A stretch of DNA of 64,000 nt, taken from NCBI GenBank assembly GCA_008501635.1, contig QQUJ01000018.1:248680-312679 (forward strand), written 5' to 3'. Source of the stretch: Pseudomonadota bacterium (GTDB lineage: Bacteria; Pseudomonadota; Gammaproteobacteria; QQUJ01). Positions 32,463 to 41,930 of the stretch are shown piece after piece. The position numbers were made by a program, and so were the translations under genes. Under the pieces are notes generated by a model. The model did no database searches. It saw nothing but the letters and a program-made list of their open reading frames with translations, and was not told where the DNA came from. Numbering within the stretch: the stretch's first letter is position 1; each line of letters starts with the position of its first letter.

Positions 32463-33029
32463 ATGAGTATCAAATCGGACAGATGGATTCGGCGCATGGC
32501 CGAAGAACACGGGATGATCGAGCCCTTCGAGCCCGGCCAGATTCGCGAAAACGGATCTGGCCGGATCATCTCCTACGGGACCTCGAGCTACGGCTACGAT
32601 ATCCGCTGTTCGCGGGAGTTCAAAATATTCACCAACATCAATTCGGCGATTGTCGATCCCAAGAATTTCGATGAGAGTAGCTTTGTCGATCTGCAGTCCG
32701 ATGTCTGTATCATTCCACCCAATTCCTTTGCCCTGGCACGCACGGTGGAGTACTTTCGCATCCCGCGCAGCGTTTTGACGGTATGCCTCGGTAAATCGAC
32801 CTATGCCCGTTGTGGCATCATCGTCAACGTAACCCCGCTGGAGCCGGAGTGGGAGGGGCACGTTACCCTGGAGTTTTCCAACACCACCCCGCTGCCCGCC
32901 AAGATCTACGCCAATGAGGGAGTCGCGCAGGTGCTCTTCTTCGAATCCGATGAAGTGTGCGAGACCTCCTACCGTGATCGCGGTGGCAAATACCAGGGGC
33001 AGACCGGCGTTACCCTGCCCAAGGCCTGA
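32463..33029 (+). CDS. dcd: dCTP deaminase
   Basis: [24 protein letters not shown] is the conserved Dcd N-terminus; 188 aa. Confidence 0.9.
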   Translation: MSIKSDRWIRRMAEEHGMIEPFEPGQIRENGSGRIISYGTSSYGYDIRCSREFKIFTNINSAIVDPKNFDESSFVDLQSDVCIIPPNSFALARTVEYFRIPRSVLTVCLGKSTYARCGIIVNVTPLEPEWEGHVTLEFSNTTPLPAKIYANEGVAQVLFFESDEVCETSYRDRGGKYQGQTGVTLPKA

Positions 33030-33110
33030 TCGCCGCTCAAGGCGGTGATGGCCGTCTGGCGTTCGCTGTAACCTGCTAAAATCGCCCGAAACCCCGCATT
33101 GAGGTCGGAA

Positions 33111-34142
33111 ATGAACCGCCGTGATGACAAGGGCAGTTCTGCAGATTGGGCACGCTTCTGGGACCATGCACAGCAGCAGGCATGGGATGCCTGGAGCCAG
33201 ATGGCACGTCAGGCGCTGCCGCAACCGAAACCGCAACCCGATCAGCTATGGAAGCTTTGCGCCGATGGCCTGGAACGTCTGTGGCAAGGACGAAGTGCGC
33301 AGCTAACGGGTACGTCGCAAGAGGTTTTCAGCCGCGTGATCGATCAGGGCAAGGGTTTTCTTTTTCTCAGCCATGAGCTGCTGCGTGCTGTCGAAACGAT
33401 ACAGAAACAAGAGGAGCAGGGCGCTGATTGGAAACTGGCGCTGCGCAACGCTGTTGACAGGATTCAGGAGCAACTGCGGCAGTGGTCGGGGGTCTCTGTC
33501 GGGCAGACCGCGCTTTGGGGATTGCCGGCGGAAATGTGGGAGCGACTCTCATCGGCTCTAACGCTGGCGCCTGGTGACTGGTCGGCACACCTGAGGGCTG
33601 TTGCAGGCAAACCGCAAGAAGCGGCCCAGAGTTACCAGGATTGGTTGGAGTATTGGCCGGGGCTCAGCCGTGAGTGGCAGCTGCGTGCCAGGGCGGGGGG
33701 GCAGCGCGCGGAACGGTATCAGGAAGCATGGCGTTGTTATGCCGCGCAATTGCTCGATGTGGGTGTGTTGGCGCTTGATTATCTGTACGAGCGTCTGATT
33801 CAGATGGGTGAAATGGGTGGACGGATCCGTGATCTGCATACTCTATACGATCTCTGGATCGATGCTGCCGAGCAGGCTTATGCAGAGGTGGTGAGCACGC
33901 CGGAGTTTGCCAAACAGCAGGCCGAGGTCGTCAACGCGGCGGTTGCGCTCAAGCTCTGCCTGCATGAGTCCCTCGAAACCGTCGCCCGGATCAACAACCT
34001 CCCGACCCGCGCCGAGCTCGATAGCGCTCAACGCGCTATCAAGGAGCTGCGTGCCGAACTGGCGGACGTGCGCGCTCAACTCGCCGAATCCACGAAACCT
34101 GATTCAACGCGGAAACGAAGCCGCAAAGGCGCGGGAAAGTGA
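33111..34142 (+). CDS. phaE: class III poly(3-hydroxyalkanoate) synthase subunit PhaE
   Basis: A Trp-rich N-terminus and the conserved C-terminal PhaE box (NLPTRAELDSAQRAIKELRAEL), about 343 aa. Its stop overlaps the phaC start (GTGA). Confidence 0.8.
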   Translation: MNRRDDKGSSADWARFWDHAQQQAWDAWSQMARQALPQPKPQPDQLWKLCADGLERLWQGRSAQLTGTSQEVFSRVIDQGKGFLFLSHELLRAVETIQKQEEQGADWKLALRNAVDRIQEQLRQWSGVSVGQTALWGLPAEMWERLSSALTLAPGDWSAHLRAVAGKPQEAAQSYQDWLEYWPGLSREWQLRARAGGQRAERYQEAWRCYAAQLLDVGVLALDYLYERLIQMGEMGGRIRDLHTLYDLWIDAAEQAYAEVVSTPEFAKQQAEVVNAAVALKLCLHESLETVARINNLPTRAELDSAQRAIKELRAELADVRAQLAESTKPDSTRKRSRKGAGK

Positions 34143-35209
34143 GCAGCACACCCTTCGATTTCGATCATGAGGCATTGCTTAAGGAGTTGGGTGATTTCCA
34201 GCAACAACTGACCCGCGGTTTTAACAATCTTGCAGAGATTGAAACTATCGATGTGGGGACAAGCCCGCGCGAAGAAGTTTATCGCGAGAACAAACTGCGA
34301 CTATTCCGATATCGTCCGTTGGTGAACAATCCGCATCCGGTGCCGTTGCTTATTGTTTACGCGCTGGTGAACCGACCCTACATGGTGGACTTGCAGCCGG
34401 ATCGATCGCTGGTCAGGCGTCTGCTCGAGTCGGGTATCGATGTCTATTTGGTCGACTGGGGTTACCCTGATCGGGAGGACCGATTGCTTACGCTGCACGA
34501 TTACCTCAATGGTTATCTGTTGCGTTGTGTGGAGCAGATAGGTCGACGTCACAGTCTGGAGGCGATCAATCTGCTCGGGATCTGCCAGGGGGGTACTTTC
34601 AGCCTTTGTTTCAGCGCGATGCACCCACAGCGGGTGCGCAACCTGATCACTATGGTGACTCCGGTGGATTTCAGTACCGAAGGAAACCTGCTGGCGCATT
34701 TCATGCGCTCGATCGACGTCGATCAACTGATCGAAGCCTACGGTAACGTGCCTGGGGAGTTGCTCAATTGGGCTTTTCTGGCGCTGAAGCCATTCCGACT
34801 TGTCAGTCAGAAGTACGTGAATCTGGTCGAGATTCTCGATAGCCGCGAGAAAGCACTCAACTTTCTGCGCATGGAAAAATGGATTTTCGACAGCCCGGAT
34901 CAACCGGGCGAGGTATTCCGTGAGTTCGTCAGGCAGTTCTTTCAGGAGAACCGCCTGATGACAGGCGAGGCGGAGATTGGCGGGAAGCGGATTGATCTCC
35001 ATGCCTTGAAGATGCCGATACTCAATATCTACGCAACCCAGGATCACTTGGTGCCGCCGGCCGCTTCGTTGGCGCTGGGCGACTGTGTGGAGAATGATGA
35101 CTATACGGTAGCAGCCTTTCATGGCGGGCATATAGGGATCTATGTCAGTAGTCGGGCGCAGAAAGAGATCCCTGCCGCTATTGCGGATTGGCTGCGTCAG
35201 CGGAGATAG
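34139..35209 (+). CDS. phaC: class III poly(3-hydroxyalkanoate) synthase catalytic subunit PhaC
   Basis: 356 aa with a GICQGG lipase-box Cys. Its full length aligns with Allochromatium-type PhaC (VPLLIVYALVNRPYM, LRMEKWIFDSPDQ). Confidence 0.9.
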   Translation: MSSTPFDFDHEALLKELGDFQQQLTRGFNNLAEIETIDVGTSPREEVYRENKLRLFRYRPLVNNPHPVPLLIVYALVNRPYMVDLQPDRSLVRRLLESGIDVYLVDWGYPDREDRLLTLHDYLNGYLLRCVEQIGRRHSLEAINLLGICQGGTFSLCFSAMHPQRVRNLITMVTPVDFSTEGNLLAHFMRSIDVDQLIEAYGNVPGELLNWAFLALKPFRLVSQKYVNLVEILDSREKALNFLRMEKWIFDSPDQPGEVFREFVRQFFQENRLMTGEAEIGGKRIDLHALKMPILNIYATQDHLVPPAASLALGDCVENDDYTVAAFHGGHIGIYVSSRAQKEIPAAIADWLRQRR

Positions 35210-35215
35210 CGGGCG

Positions 35216-35836
35216 ATGGATAATTGTGGAGGAATCCTGCAGGTCTACGCCATCGACGGTGTCATACCCGTGGTGCATCCACAAGCCTACGTCCATCCTA
35301 CCGCCGTTTTGATCGGTGATGTGATCATCGATGCAGGAACCTATGTAGGGCCGGGCGCATCGTTGCGGGGGGATCTGGGCCGTATTCGAATCGGCAGAGG
35401 ATGCAATATCCAGGACAACTGCATTGTTCATGGCTTCCCCGGGGGTGAAACCGTGGTTGAGGAGAACGGACATATTGCCCATGGCTCGGTGCTTCATGGG
35501 TGTGCGGTGCTGCGCAATGCCCTGGTGGGTATGAATGCCGTCGTAATGGATGGTGCCCAGGTTGGTGAATCGGCTATCGTTGCGGCCATGGCGCTCGTCA
35601 CTGCGGGCACGCAGGTACCCTCCAGGCATCTTTTGGCGGGAGTCCCTGGTCGTATAGTGCGCGAGCTCTCCGACGCCGAGCTGGCATGGAAAGTCGAGGC
35701 TACTGCCGAGTATCAGCATTTGACGACGCGCTGCCTGCAGACACTCGCCCGGGTGATGCCGCTCACGGAGGAGGAGCCTGATCGTCCCCAACTCCACCCT
35801 CGGGGTGTGGCTCCCCTGCACCTGACCAGGAAATAG
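35216..35836 (+). CDS. left-handed beta-helix hexapeptide-repeat protein (gamma-carbonic anhydrase / PaaY / YrdA family)
   Basis: Hexapeptide repeats and conserved His residues (IVHGFPG, HGSVLHG). It starts 7 nt after the phaC stop. Confidence 0.7.
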   Translation: MDNCGGILQVYAIDGVIPVVHPQAYVHPTAVLIGDVIIDAGTYVGPGASLRGDLGRIRIGRGCNIQDNCIVHGFPGGETVVEENGHIAHGSVLHGCAVLRNALVGMNAVVMDGAQVGESAIVAAMALVTAGTQVPSRHLLAGVPGRIVRELSDAELAWKVEATAEYQHLTTRCLQTLARVMPLTEEEPDRPQLHPRGVAPLHLTRK

Positions 35837-36135
35837 TTTGATCCGCCGCACCGATTCTTCGCTTTCGCGTTTAGGATGCTAGACTACCCAATAACGCTAC
35901 CTCGAGAGGGGATATTGGTGTGGCTGATAACGATGCGCCCTATGAGGGGAAAGAACGTCGTAAGGAGCAGCGCCGCAAGCAAGAAGACCGGCGGGAACTG
36001 GTTCGTTTCGAACCGGAGAAAGAACCTCGGCGCAAGAAGAAGGGGCGACGCAAGGACGATGGCGCTGATATTTGGGATCGCCGCGATATCTGATCGTATC
36101 CCTCGGTAGGATAATTTTCTCCAAGGGCGGCAATA

Positions 36136-36173
36136 CGCCGAAACGGATCTCGGTAGACGGCCGAGGTTCGGCG
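36136..36173 (+). promoter_or_regulatory. nested RNA hairpin in the 5' leader of the response-regulator/GGDEF operon (CGCCGAA...CTCGG-tagacgg-CCGAG-g-TTCGGCG)
   Basis: 7-bp outer and 5-bp inner perfect inverted repeats, 43 nt upstream of the REC-gene ATG. No U-tract follows. Confidence 0.3.
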
Positions 36174-36215
36174 TGCTCTTGAACTGACACCGAACAAAGC
36201 AAAGCTCAGGCAACC

Positions 36216-37214
36216 ATGACCACCGCGGTACTTATTTGCGACGACTCCAGCATGGCGCGCAAACAGATGGCGCGCACACTCGCAGACGGTTGGGACGTGG
36301 CGCTCTCTTTCGCCAGCAATGGGGTGGAGGCGTTGGCGGCCATCAAAGAGGGGAAGGGCGACGTGCTCTTTCTCGATCTGAATATGCCCGTGATGGATGG
36401 GTATGAAACGCTACAAGCCATCAACCGTGAAGATCTTCCAACGATGGTGATCGTGGTCTCCGGTGATATCCAGCCCGATGCGCAACAACGGGCGAGCAAA
36501 TTGGGGGCGTTGGCGTTTATCAGGAAACCGGTAGTCAAGGAAGAAGTATTCGAAATTCTCTCCCAATATGGCATCGTCAGCGAAGCAGGTGCTGTGGCGA
36601 TCGCGGCCCCCGAGGCCAGCGGCTCTGTCGGCATCATGGATTGTTATCAAGAGGTGGCCAACGTCGCGATGGGGCAAGCCGCCGATCTGCTGGCACGTCT
36701 GCTCGGCGTATTCGTGGTTCTTCCAGTGCCAAACGTCAATTTGCTTGAGCCGAGCGAGCTGCAAATGGCGCTGGCACAGACGACGGAGGAGGCTTCGGTG
36801 TCTGCGGTGTCACAAGGATTTATTGGCGGCGGTATTGCGGGTGAGGCGTTGTTGCTCTTCCATGATTCCAACTTCGAACAGATTGCGCGTTTGATGCATT
36901 ACGAAGGCGAAGTCGACGATGCCATGGAACGGGAATTGGTTATGGACGTTGCCAGTATCCTGATCGGAGCCTGCGTTAAGGGTCTAGCCGCGCAGCTGGA
37001 TGTCAGTTTCAGTCAAGGGCACCCGGTCATCCTCGGGCAGCATGTCAACATGGCCCACCTGGTCGACGGCAAAGCGTGCAGTTGGAGCAAGACTTTGGCG
37101 ATTGAAATCAGCTACACCCTGGAGGACGTCGATATCAGTTTCGATCTATTGCTGCTGATCGCCGAGGATTCGCTACCGACCGTCGATGGAAAACTCGCTT
37201 TTATGTTGGAGTGA
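36216..37214 (+). CDS. response regulator with an N-terminal CheY-like receiver domain and a C-terminal CheC-like (CheC/CheX/FliY phosphatase family) domain
   Basis: REC: DD pair, phospho-acceptor in LFLDLNMPVMDG, and a conserved K. C-terminal: a D-x3-E-x2-N-x22-P CheC active-site motif (DCYQEVANVAMGQAADLLARLLG...P) plus a degenerate second repeat. Confidence 0.65.
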   Translation: MTTAVLICDDSSMARKQMARTLADGWDVALSFASNGVEALAAIKEGKGDVLFLDLNMPVMDGYETLQAINREDLPTMVIVVSGDIQPDAQQRASKLGALAFIRKPVVKEEVFEILSQYGIVSEAGAVAIAAPEASGSVGIMDCYQEVANVAMGQAADLLARLLGVFVVLPVPNVNLLEPSELQMALAQTTEEASVSAVSQGFIGGGIAGEALLLFHDSNFEQIARLMHYEGEVDDAMERELVMDVASILIGACVKGLAAQLDVSFSQGHPVILGQHVNMAHLVDGKACSWSKTLAIEISYTLEDVDISFDLLLLIAEDSLPTVDGKLAFMLE

Positions 37215-37220
37215 TGGGGG

Positions 37221-38183
37221 ATGGAAAGCGATAAAATAGACATTCGAGAACTGCACTGGATGATGGATATGGTGCAGAGTATCGATGTCGGACTCATCGT
37301 CATTGATCGCGAGTATCGGATTTCCGTGTGGAACAGCTTCATGCAGAATCACAGTGGCAAGAGCGCTGAATCCGTTCAGGAGCGGACGTTGTTCGAGGTA
37401 TTCCCAGAGTTGTCCAGAGAGTGGTTTCAGCGCAAGGCGGAGTCTGTGTTTCTTCTTAAAACGAAGGCTTTTACCACTTGGGAGCAGCGCCCCTTTCTGT
37501 TTCGCTTCAAAAGCTATCGGCCTATTACAGGCGCCGAGGAGTTCATGTATCAGAACGTGACCCTCAATCCGCTGGGATCTGCGACCGGTGAGGTCGATCA
37601 CATCTGCATAATTCTTTACGACGTTACCGATATCGCCTCACACAAAAGGGATCTGGAGCTCGCCAATGCGGAACTGGCCAATCTTAGTCGCACCGACCGC
37701 CTGACCCGGCTCAACAATCGCGGGCACTGGGAAGAGAACTTGGTAGCTGAGTTCCAACGCTTCAAACGCTACGGAACAAAAAGCACCCTGGTTATGTTCG
37801 ACATCGATTTCTTCAAAAAGATAAATGACACCTGCGGTCATCAGGCAGGTGATGAGGTGTTGAAGGTGATGGCCGATACTTTGCGCAAAAATATACGTAC
37901 TACCGACATCGCCGGCCGCTACGGCGGCGAGGAGTTCGGTGTCATTCTCGCGGCAACCGATGTCGAAGGCGGAGTGTTTTTCGCAGAACGATTGCGAAAA
38001 AACGTTGAGAAATTGGTGGTGACCTACGAGGGGCAGGAGATCCGCTTTACGATTAGTCTGGGTATCGCTCCGGCAGACGAAGAGATGAAGGATTACAAGC
38101 AATGGTTGGAGTGTTCGGATCAGGCCCTTTACGCATCAAAACATGGGGGGCGTAATCGACTTACCATAGCCGGCCAAACGTAA
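37221..38183 (+). CDS. PAS-domain diguanylate cyclase (GGDEF; GGEEF active site with an RxxD I-site)
   Basis: An N-terminal PAS fold, then RTTDIAGRYGGEEF. It starts 6 nt after the stop of the REC/CheC-like gene. Confidence 0.85.
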   Translation: MESDKIDIRELHWMMDMVQSIDVGLIVIDREYRISVWNSFMQNHSGKSAESVQERTLFEVFPELSREWFQRKAESVFLLKTKAFTTWEQRPFLFRFKSYRPITGAEEFMYQNVTLNPLGSATGEVDHICIILYDVTDIASHKRDLELANAELANLSRTDRLTRLNNRGHWEENLVAEFQRFKRYGTKSTLVMFDIDFFKKINDTCGHQAGDEVLKVMADTLRKNIRTTDIAGRYGGEEFGVILAATDVEGGVFFAERLRKNVEKLVVTYEGQEIRFTISLGIAPADEEMKDYKQWLECSDQALYASKHGGRNRLTIAGQT

Positions 38184-38196
38184 CGGACCGGCAGAG

Positions 38197-38227
38197 AAAA
38201 AAGGCGCACCAGCGTGCGCCTTTTTTT
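38197..38227. terminator. bidirectional rho-independent terminator (A6-GGCGCAC-cagc-GTGCGCC-T7) between the GGDEF gene and phaB
   Basis: A perfect 7-bp GC stem flanked by an A-run and a T-run, so it works on both strands. Confidence 0.8.
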
Positions 38228-38241
38228 GGCCGGCGCTCCAA

Positions 38242-38985
38242 TCAGAACATGTGCTGGCCACCATTGATGGCGAGATTGGAACCTGTGATAAATCCACCGT
38301 TCTCCTCGGCCAGGAACACGACAGCGCGGCCAATTTCTTCCGGTTTGCCCAAACGGCCAACCGGGATCTGGGCGACAATCTGTTCGCGTACCTTCTCGGG
38401 AATCGCCATTACCATCTCGGTACCGATATAGCCGGGCGAAATGGAGTTGACGGTGATGCCTTTGGCGGCACCCTCCTGAGCCAATGCCTTCGTTATGCCG
38501 TATATACCGGCCTTCGCCGCCGAGTAGTTGGCCTGACCGAATTGACCTTTCTGACCGTTGACCGATGAGATGTTAACGATGCGGCCGTATCCGCGTTCCA
38601 GCATTCCATTCCAAACCTGAGCGGTGACGTTGTAAACACTGTTCAGATTGGTGTCGATGACAGCGTGCCACTGCTCGGGGCTCATCTTCTTGAAGGTGCC
38701 GTCGCGAGTGATACCCGCATTATTGACCAGAATGTCGACCGGCCCGAGTTGTTTTTCGACCTGCTCGGCCATGGCCTTGCAGGATGCGACGTCCGTCACA
38801 TCGCCTGGCACGATCATCATGTCAAAGCCATCGGCCTTCATCTTTGCCTGCCAGGCCTGGGCTTTCTCGGCTTCGGCCGGGAAATAGTTGGCAGCCACCT
38901 TGGCGCCGCCTTTTGCCAGCTCGATGCAGACCGCGGTGCCTATACCGCCGATACCACCAGTAACCAGTGCTACTTTGCCTTGCAT
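38242..38985 (-). CDS. phaB: acetoacetyl-CoA reductase (SDR family)
   Basis: TGGIGGIG Rossmann motif and YSAAK catalytic motif; 247 aa with a strong PhaB-like alignment. Confidence 0.85.
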   Translation of the reverse strand: MQGKVALVTGGIGGIGTAVCIELAKGGAKVAANYFPAEAEKAQAWQAKMKADGFDMMIVPGDVTDVASCKAMAEQVEKQLGPVDILVNNAGITRDGTFKKMSPEQWHAVIDTNLNSVYNVTAQVWNGMLERGYGRIVNISSVNGQKGQFGQANYSAAKAGIYGITKALAQEGAAKGITVNSISPGYIGTEMVMAIPEKVREQIVAQIPVGRLGKPEEIGRAVVFLAEENGGFITGSNLAINGGQHMF

Positions 38986-39031
38986 ATCGCTACTCCTCGT
39001 CTGTGTTGCTTGTTAGCTTGATGTTGGGGGA

Positions 39032-40210
39032 TTAACGCTCGACGGCAATGGCGACACCCTGTCCACCGCCGATGCACAGCGTTGCCAGACCCTTCTTGGC
39101 ATCGCGTTTGATCATCTCGTGGAGCAGTGTCACAAAGACGCGACAGCCCGAGGCGCCGATGGGATGGCCCAGCGCAATAGCGCCTCCGTTGACGTTGACT
39201 TTATCGGGATCCCACTCCATACCGCGATTGACGGCTATGGCCTGTGCTGCGAAGGCTTCATTGGCCTCGACAAGATCCAGATCCGATACGTTCCAGCCCG
39301 CCTTTTTCAGGCACAACTGTGAAGCGGGAATCGGGCCGGTACCCATAATGGCCGGATCAACACCAGCGCTGCTGTACGCGGCGACGCGTGCCAGAGGCTC
39401 CAGACCCAGTTGGCGCGCCCGCTCGGCGCCCATTACCACAACCGCCGCGGCCCCATCGTTCAGCCCGGAAGCGTTGCCCGCCGTTACGGTGCCGTCTTTT
39501 TTGAATGCCGGCCGCAGTTTGCCGAGGCTCTCTACCGTGGCTCCGAAGCGTGGGAATTCGTCGGTTCCGAAGATGATGGGGTCGCCTTTACGCTGCGGAA
39601 TTTCGATCGGCAAGATCTCATCGGTAAAGCGGCCGGCTTTGATCGCGGCCTCAGCTTTCTGCTGTGAAGCCGCGGCGAAGACATCCTGTTCTTCGCGCCC
39701 GATGGCAAATTTTTCGGCGACGTTCTCCGCCGTGATGCCCATATGGTAAGCATGAAAGGCATCCTGGAGGCCGTCTACGATCATGGTATCGATCAACGAC
39801 CAATCCCCCATCCGCGCCCCATTGCGTGAGTTGGGTAGAACATGTGCCGAGGCGCTCATGTTTTCCTGTCCGCCGGCGATGATCACATCAGCGTCGCCAC
39901 AGCGAATAGCCTGTGCAGCCAGGTGAATCGCTTTCAGGCCGCTGCCACATACCTTGTTGATCGTCAGGGCAGGCACACCATGGGGGAGTCCACCATGAAT
40001 CGCCGCCTGACGTGCCGGGTTCTGCCCACTGCCTGCGGCAAGTACCTGTCCGAGGATAATCTCATCCACCTGTTCAGGGCTGAGACCGGTCTTGCGCATC
40101 AAGCCGCTGATAACATGGGCGCCGAGGGCGCTGGCGCTGAGACTCGCGAGTGTGCCGCCGAAACTGCCAATAGCGGTTCGCGTGGCCGCGACAATTACTA
40201 CATCTTGCAT
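39032..40210 (-). CDS. phaA: acetyl-CoA acetyltransferase (beta-ketothiolase)
   Basis: Starts [19 protein letters not shown]. Thiolase signatures [18 protein letters not shown] and CIGGGQG. The ATG is at 40208-40210. Confidence 0.9.
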   Translation of the reverse strand: MQDVVIVAATRTAIGSFGGTLASLSASALGAHVISGLMRKTGLSPEQVDEIILGQVLAAGSGQNPARQAAIHGGLPHGVPALTINKVCGSGLKAIHLAAQAIRCGDADVIIAGGQENMSASAHVLPNSRNGARMGDWSLIDTMIVDGLQDAFHAYHMGITAENVAEKFAIGREEQDVFAAASQQKAEAAIKAGRFTDEILPIEIPQRKGDPIIFGTDEFPRFGATVESLGKLRPAFKKDGTVTAGNASGLNDGAAAVVVMGAERARQLGLEPLARVAAYSSAGVDPAIMGTGPIPASQLCLKKAGWNVSDLDLVEANEAFAAQAIAVNRGMEWDPDKVNVNGGAIALGHPIGASGCRVFVTLLHEMIKRDAKKGLATLCIGGGQGVAIAVER

Positions 40211-40423
40211 GAACTGCCTCCAAAAGTTGTTGGCACCGAGAGGATGTGACACCGACCACCCACCGCCTCCCATGTTGGGTGGGCGAAGAACATCGGCCGA
40301 AAAACGAGGCGGCCACTATACGTCGAAGTATGGTGGTATCGCCACCTCTGGGCCCATCGAATCGCATAAAGAAAACCCCCTCATTGAGGGGGTTTTCCAT
40401 GTCACGCGATCGCTACTTGCCGC

Positions 40424-40861
40424 TCAGGCGGCTTTCTTTGGCGTAGCGCCCTTCTTAGTGCTGCCGGTGGCGGTCTTGACACCCTCTTCCACCTTCACTG
40501 CAACTGCCTTGAAACCCTCTTCGATCCTGGTGCTGGCAGACTTGAAGTTCTCCTCAGCCAGAGCGTTCAGTTCGGCTTGCGCCTCCAGCATGATCTCCAG
40601 GGCGGCCTGTGCCTGACCCTGAAGCTTGCTGGTGTAATCGGCAGCCAAAGCGGACTGTTTTTGCAGCAGATCCTGCAAGGACTTGATTTCACCAAAAGAC
40701 TGACTCTGCTTGACCCCCTCCTGGATGCTTTCGCTAACCAGGGTCAGTTGCTGTTTGGTCAAGCGCTCCATCGCACGCGAGGTGATCTGATTCATTCTCA
40801 CCACCGGCGCCAGGGCGGCCTGGTTCACTTCTTTCCAATTCTCAAACATTTCGTTCTGCAT
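40424..40861 (-). CDS. phaP: phasin (PHA granule-associated protein, PhaP family)
   Basis: 145 aa, Ala/Gln/Glu-rich amphipathic protein with a C-terminal KKxA tail, lying between phaA and phaR. Confidence 0.75.
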   Translation of the reverse strand: MQNEMFENWKEVNQAALAPVVRMNQITSRAMERLTKQQLTLVSESIQEGVKQSQSFGEIKSLQDLLQKQSALAADYTSKLQGQAQAALEIMLEAQAELNALAEENFKSASTRIEEGFKAVAVKVEEGVKTATGSTKKGATPKKAA

Positions 40862-40905
40862 GACATGCTCCTCGAATTAACAACCCACCCGTTAGGGGAT
40901 TACGT

Positions 40906-40938
40906 TTGTGCGCTGCACAAATGGTGCTATGCAGCATA
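40906..40938 (+). promoter_or_regulatory. candidate PhaR operator in the phaP promoter region: TGTGCGCTGCACA followed by the perfect palindrome CTATGC-A-GCATAG
   Basis: Dyad elements with TGC/GCA cores, 45-75 nt upstream of the phaP ATG. Known PhaR sites are TGC-rich dyads. Confidence 0.3.
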
Positions 40939-41084
40939 GGCAGAGAGGGTCTCCATGTCAAGCGTCTAGCCACCTTGTGTGTATGAATTTTTTGTGAGGA
41001 TGGCGAAAGTATCAGGGAAACTTGGTGCAGTGCAGAATACTGATCGGGAGGACCTATGGATGGGGTGGTGCGGAAGGGATCAAC

Positions 41085-41618
41085 TCAACGGTCTTTTTTA
41101 CCAGAGACCTTGTCGTTCGGTGTTTCGTTGTGAGAGGGGTCGTTCTTACCTGTCGCTGAGGCGAAGAAATTCTCCTGCATCTTCTGCCAAAGCGCCAGGT
41201 TGCGGTCAGCCATTTCGCTCATGACCGCCATGGGGGTTCGGCTCATAAGATCGGTCATCTGGTCACGGAGAATGTGTTGTTGCTCCATGAACATCTCCAT
41301 GCTTTTCTCCAGGTAACTGCTCATCACACTCTGCAGATTGTCTCCATAGAAACGGATGATTTTGGTCAACATATCGGTGGAAAAAATGGGAGAACCTTCA
41401 TCTTCCTGCTCGGAAATGATCTGCAGGAGGATATTGCGGGTGATCGCCTCGCCGCTCTTGGCATCGACAACCTGAAACTCGACGTTGTCCATGACCAACT
41501 GTTTCACGTCGGCCAGGGTGATGTAGCTACTGATCGCAGTGTCGTAAAGACGGCGATTGGGATACTTCTTGATAGTCCGGATTTCGCTCATGGATTCGCT
41601 CATAGAATAGGGATACAT
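41085..41618 (-). CDS. phaR: polyhydroxyalkanoate synthesis repressor PhaR
   Basis: IKKYPNRRLYDTAISSYITLADVKQLV is the hallmark PhaR N-terminal DNA-binding motif. The start is ambiguous among three in-frame ATGs (41618, 41603, 41591). Confidence 0.85.
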   Translation of the reverse strand: MYPYSMSESMSEIRTIKKYPNRRLYDTAISSYITLADVKQLVMDNVEFQVVDAKSGEAITRNILLQIISEQEDEGSPIFSTDMLTKIIRFYGDNLQSVMSSYLEKSMEMFMEQQHILRDQMTDLMSRTPMAVMSEMADRNLALWQKMQENFFASATGKNDPSHNETPNDKVSGKKDR

Positions 41619-41919
41619 ATCCTGCAAGTGACGCTGCTGACTGACGATGCGCGACTTCTGATCGAAGTTACCCCCAGTAAGTGGAATGTTATCAGAACGT
41701 CGGCACAGGCGGCAAAAAATTGTGCGTTGCGACAGTAGTTTGGAGGCGGGAGGGGAGCGGGAACCGGTCAGGCGCTTTGGCTGGAGCGTCAGTCGCAATA
41801 GGGGTGTGAACGCGGTTTGTTCAAGGTTTGAAAATGCTCCGATTGGTGGGGCAGTCGAGCTATTCCGTAGGGTCAATAAATTGCTTATTTAATAGATTAA
41901 TCAATAGGATAATAGCTTG

Positions 41920-41930
41920 TTGCGACGCAA
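41920..41930 (+). promoter_or_regulatory. perfect palindrome TTGCG-A-CGCAA in the phaR / PFOR divergent intergenic region, flanked by AATAG x3 repeats
   Basis: Read from the sequence. The TTGCGAC heptamer also occurs at 41727-41733. Confidence 0.25.

Noticed and set aside
34301-35851. 516-aa minus-strand ORF
   Set aside because: It is antisense to phaC and the hexapeptide-repeat gene, both of which have strong homology on the plus strand.
35876-36109. 77-aa plus ORF from the ORF track (MLDYPITLPREGILVW...)
   Set aside because: The product has no recognisable features. It is retained only as an alternative frame to the 57-codon basic ORF discussed in the findings; neither is confidently coding.
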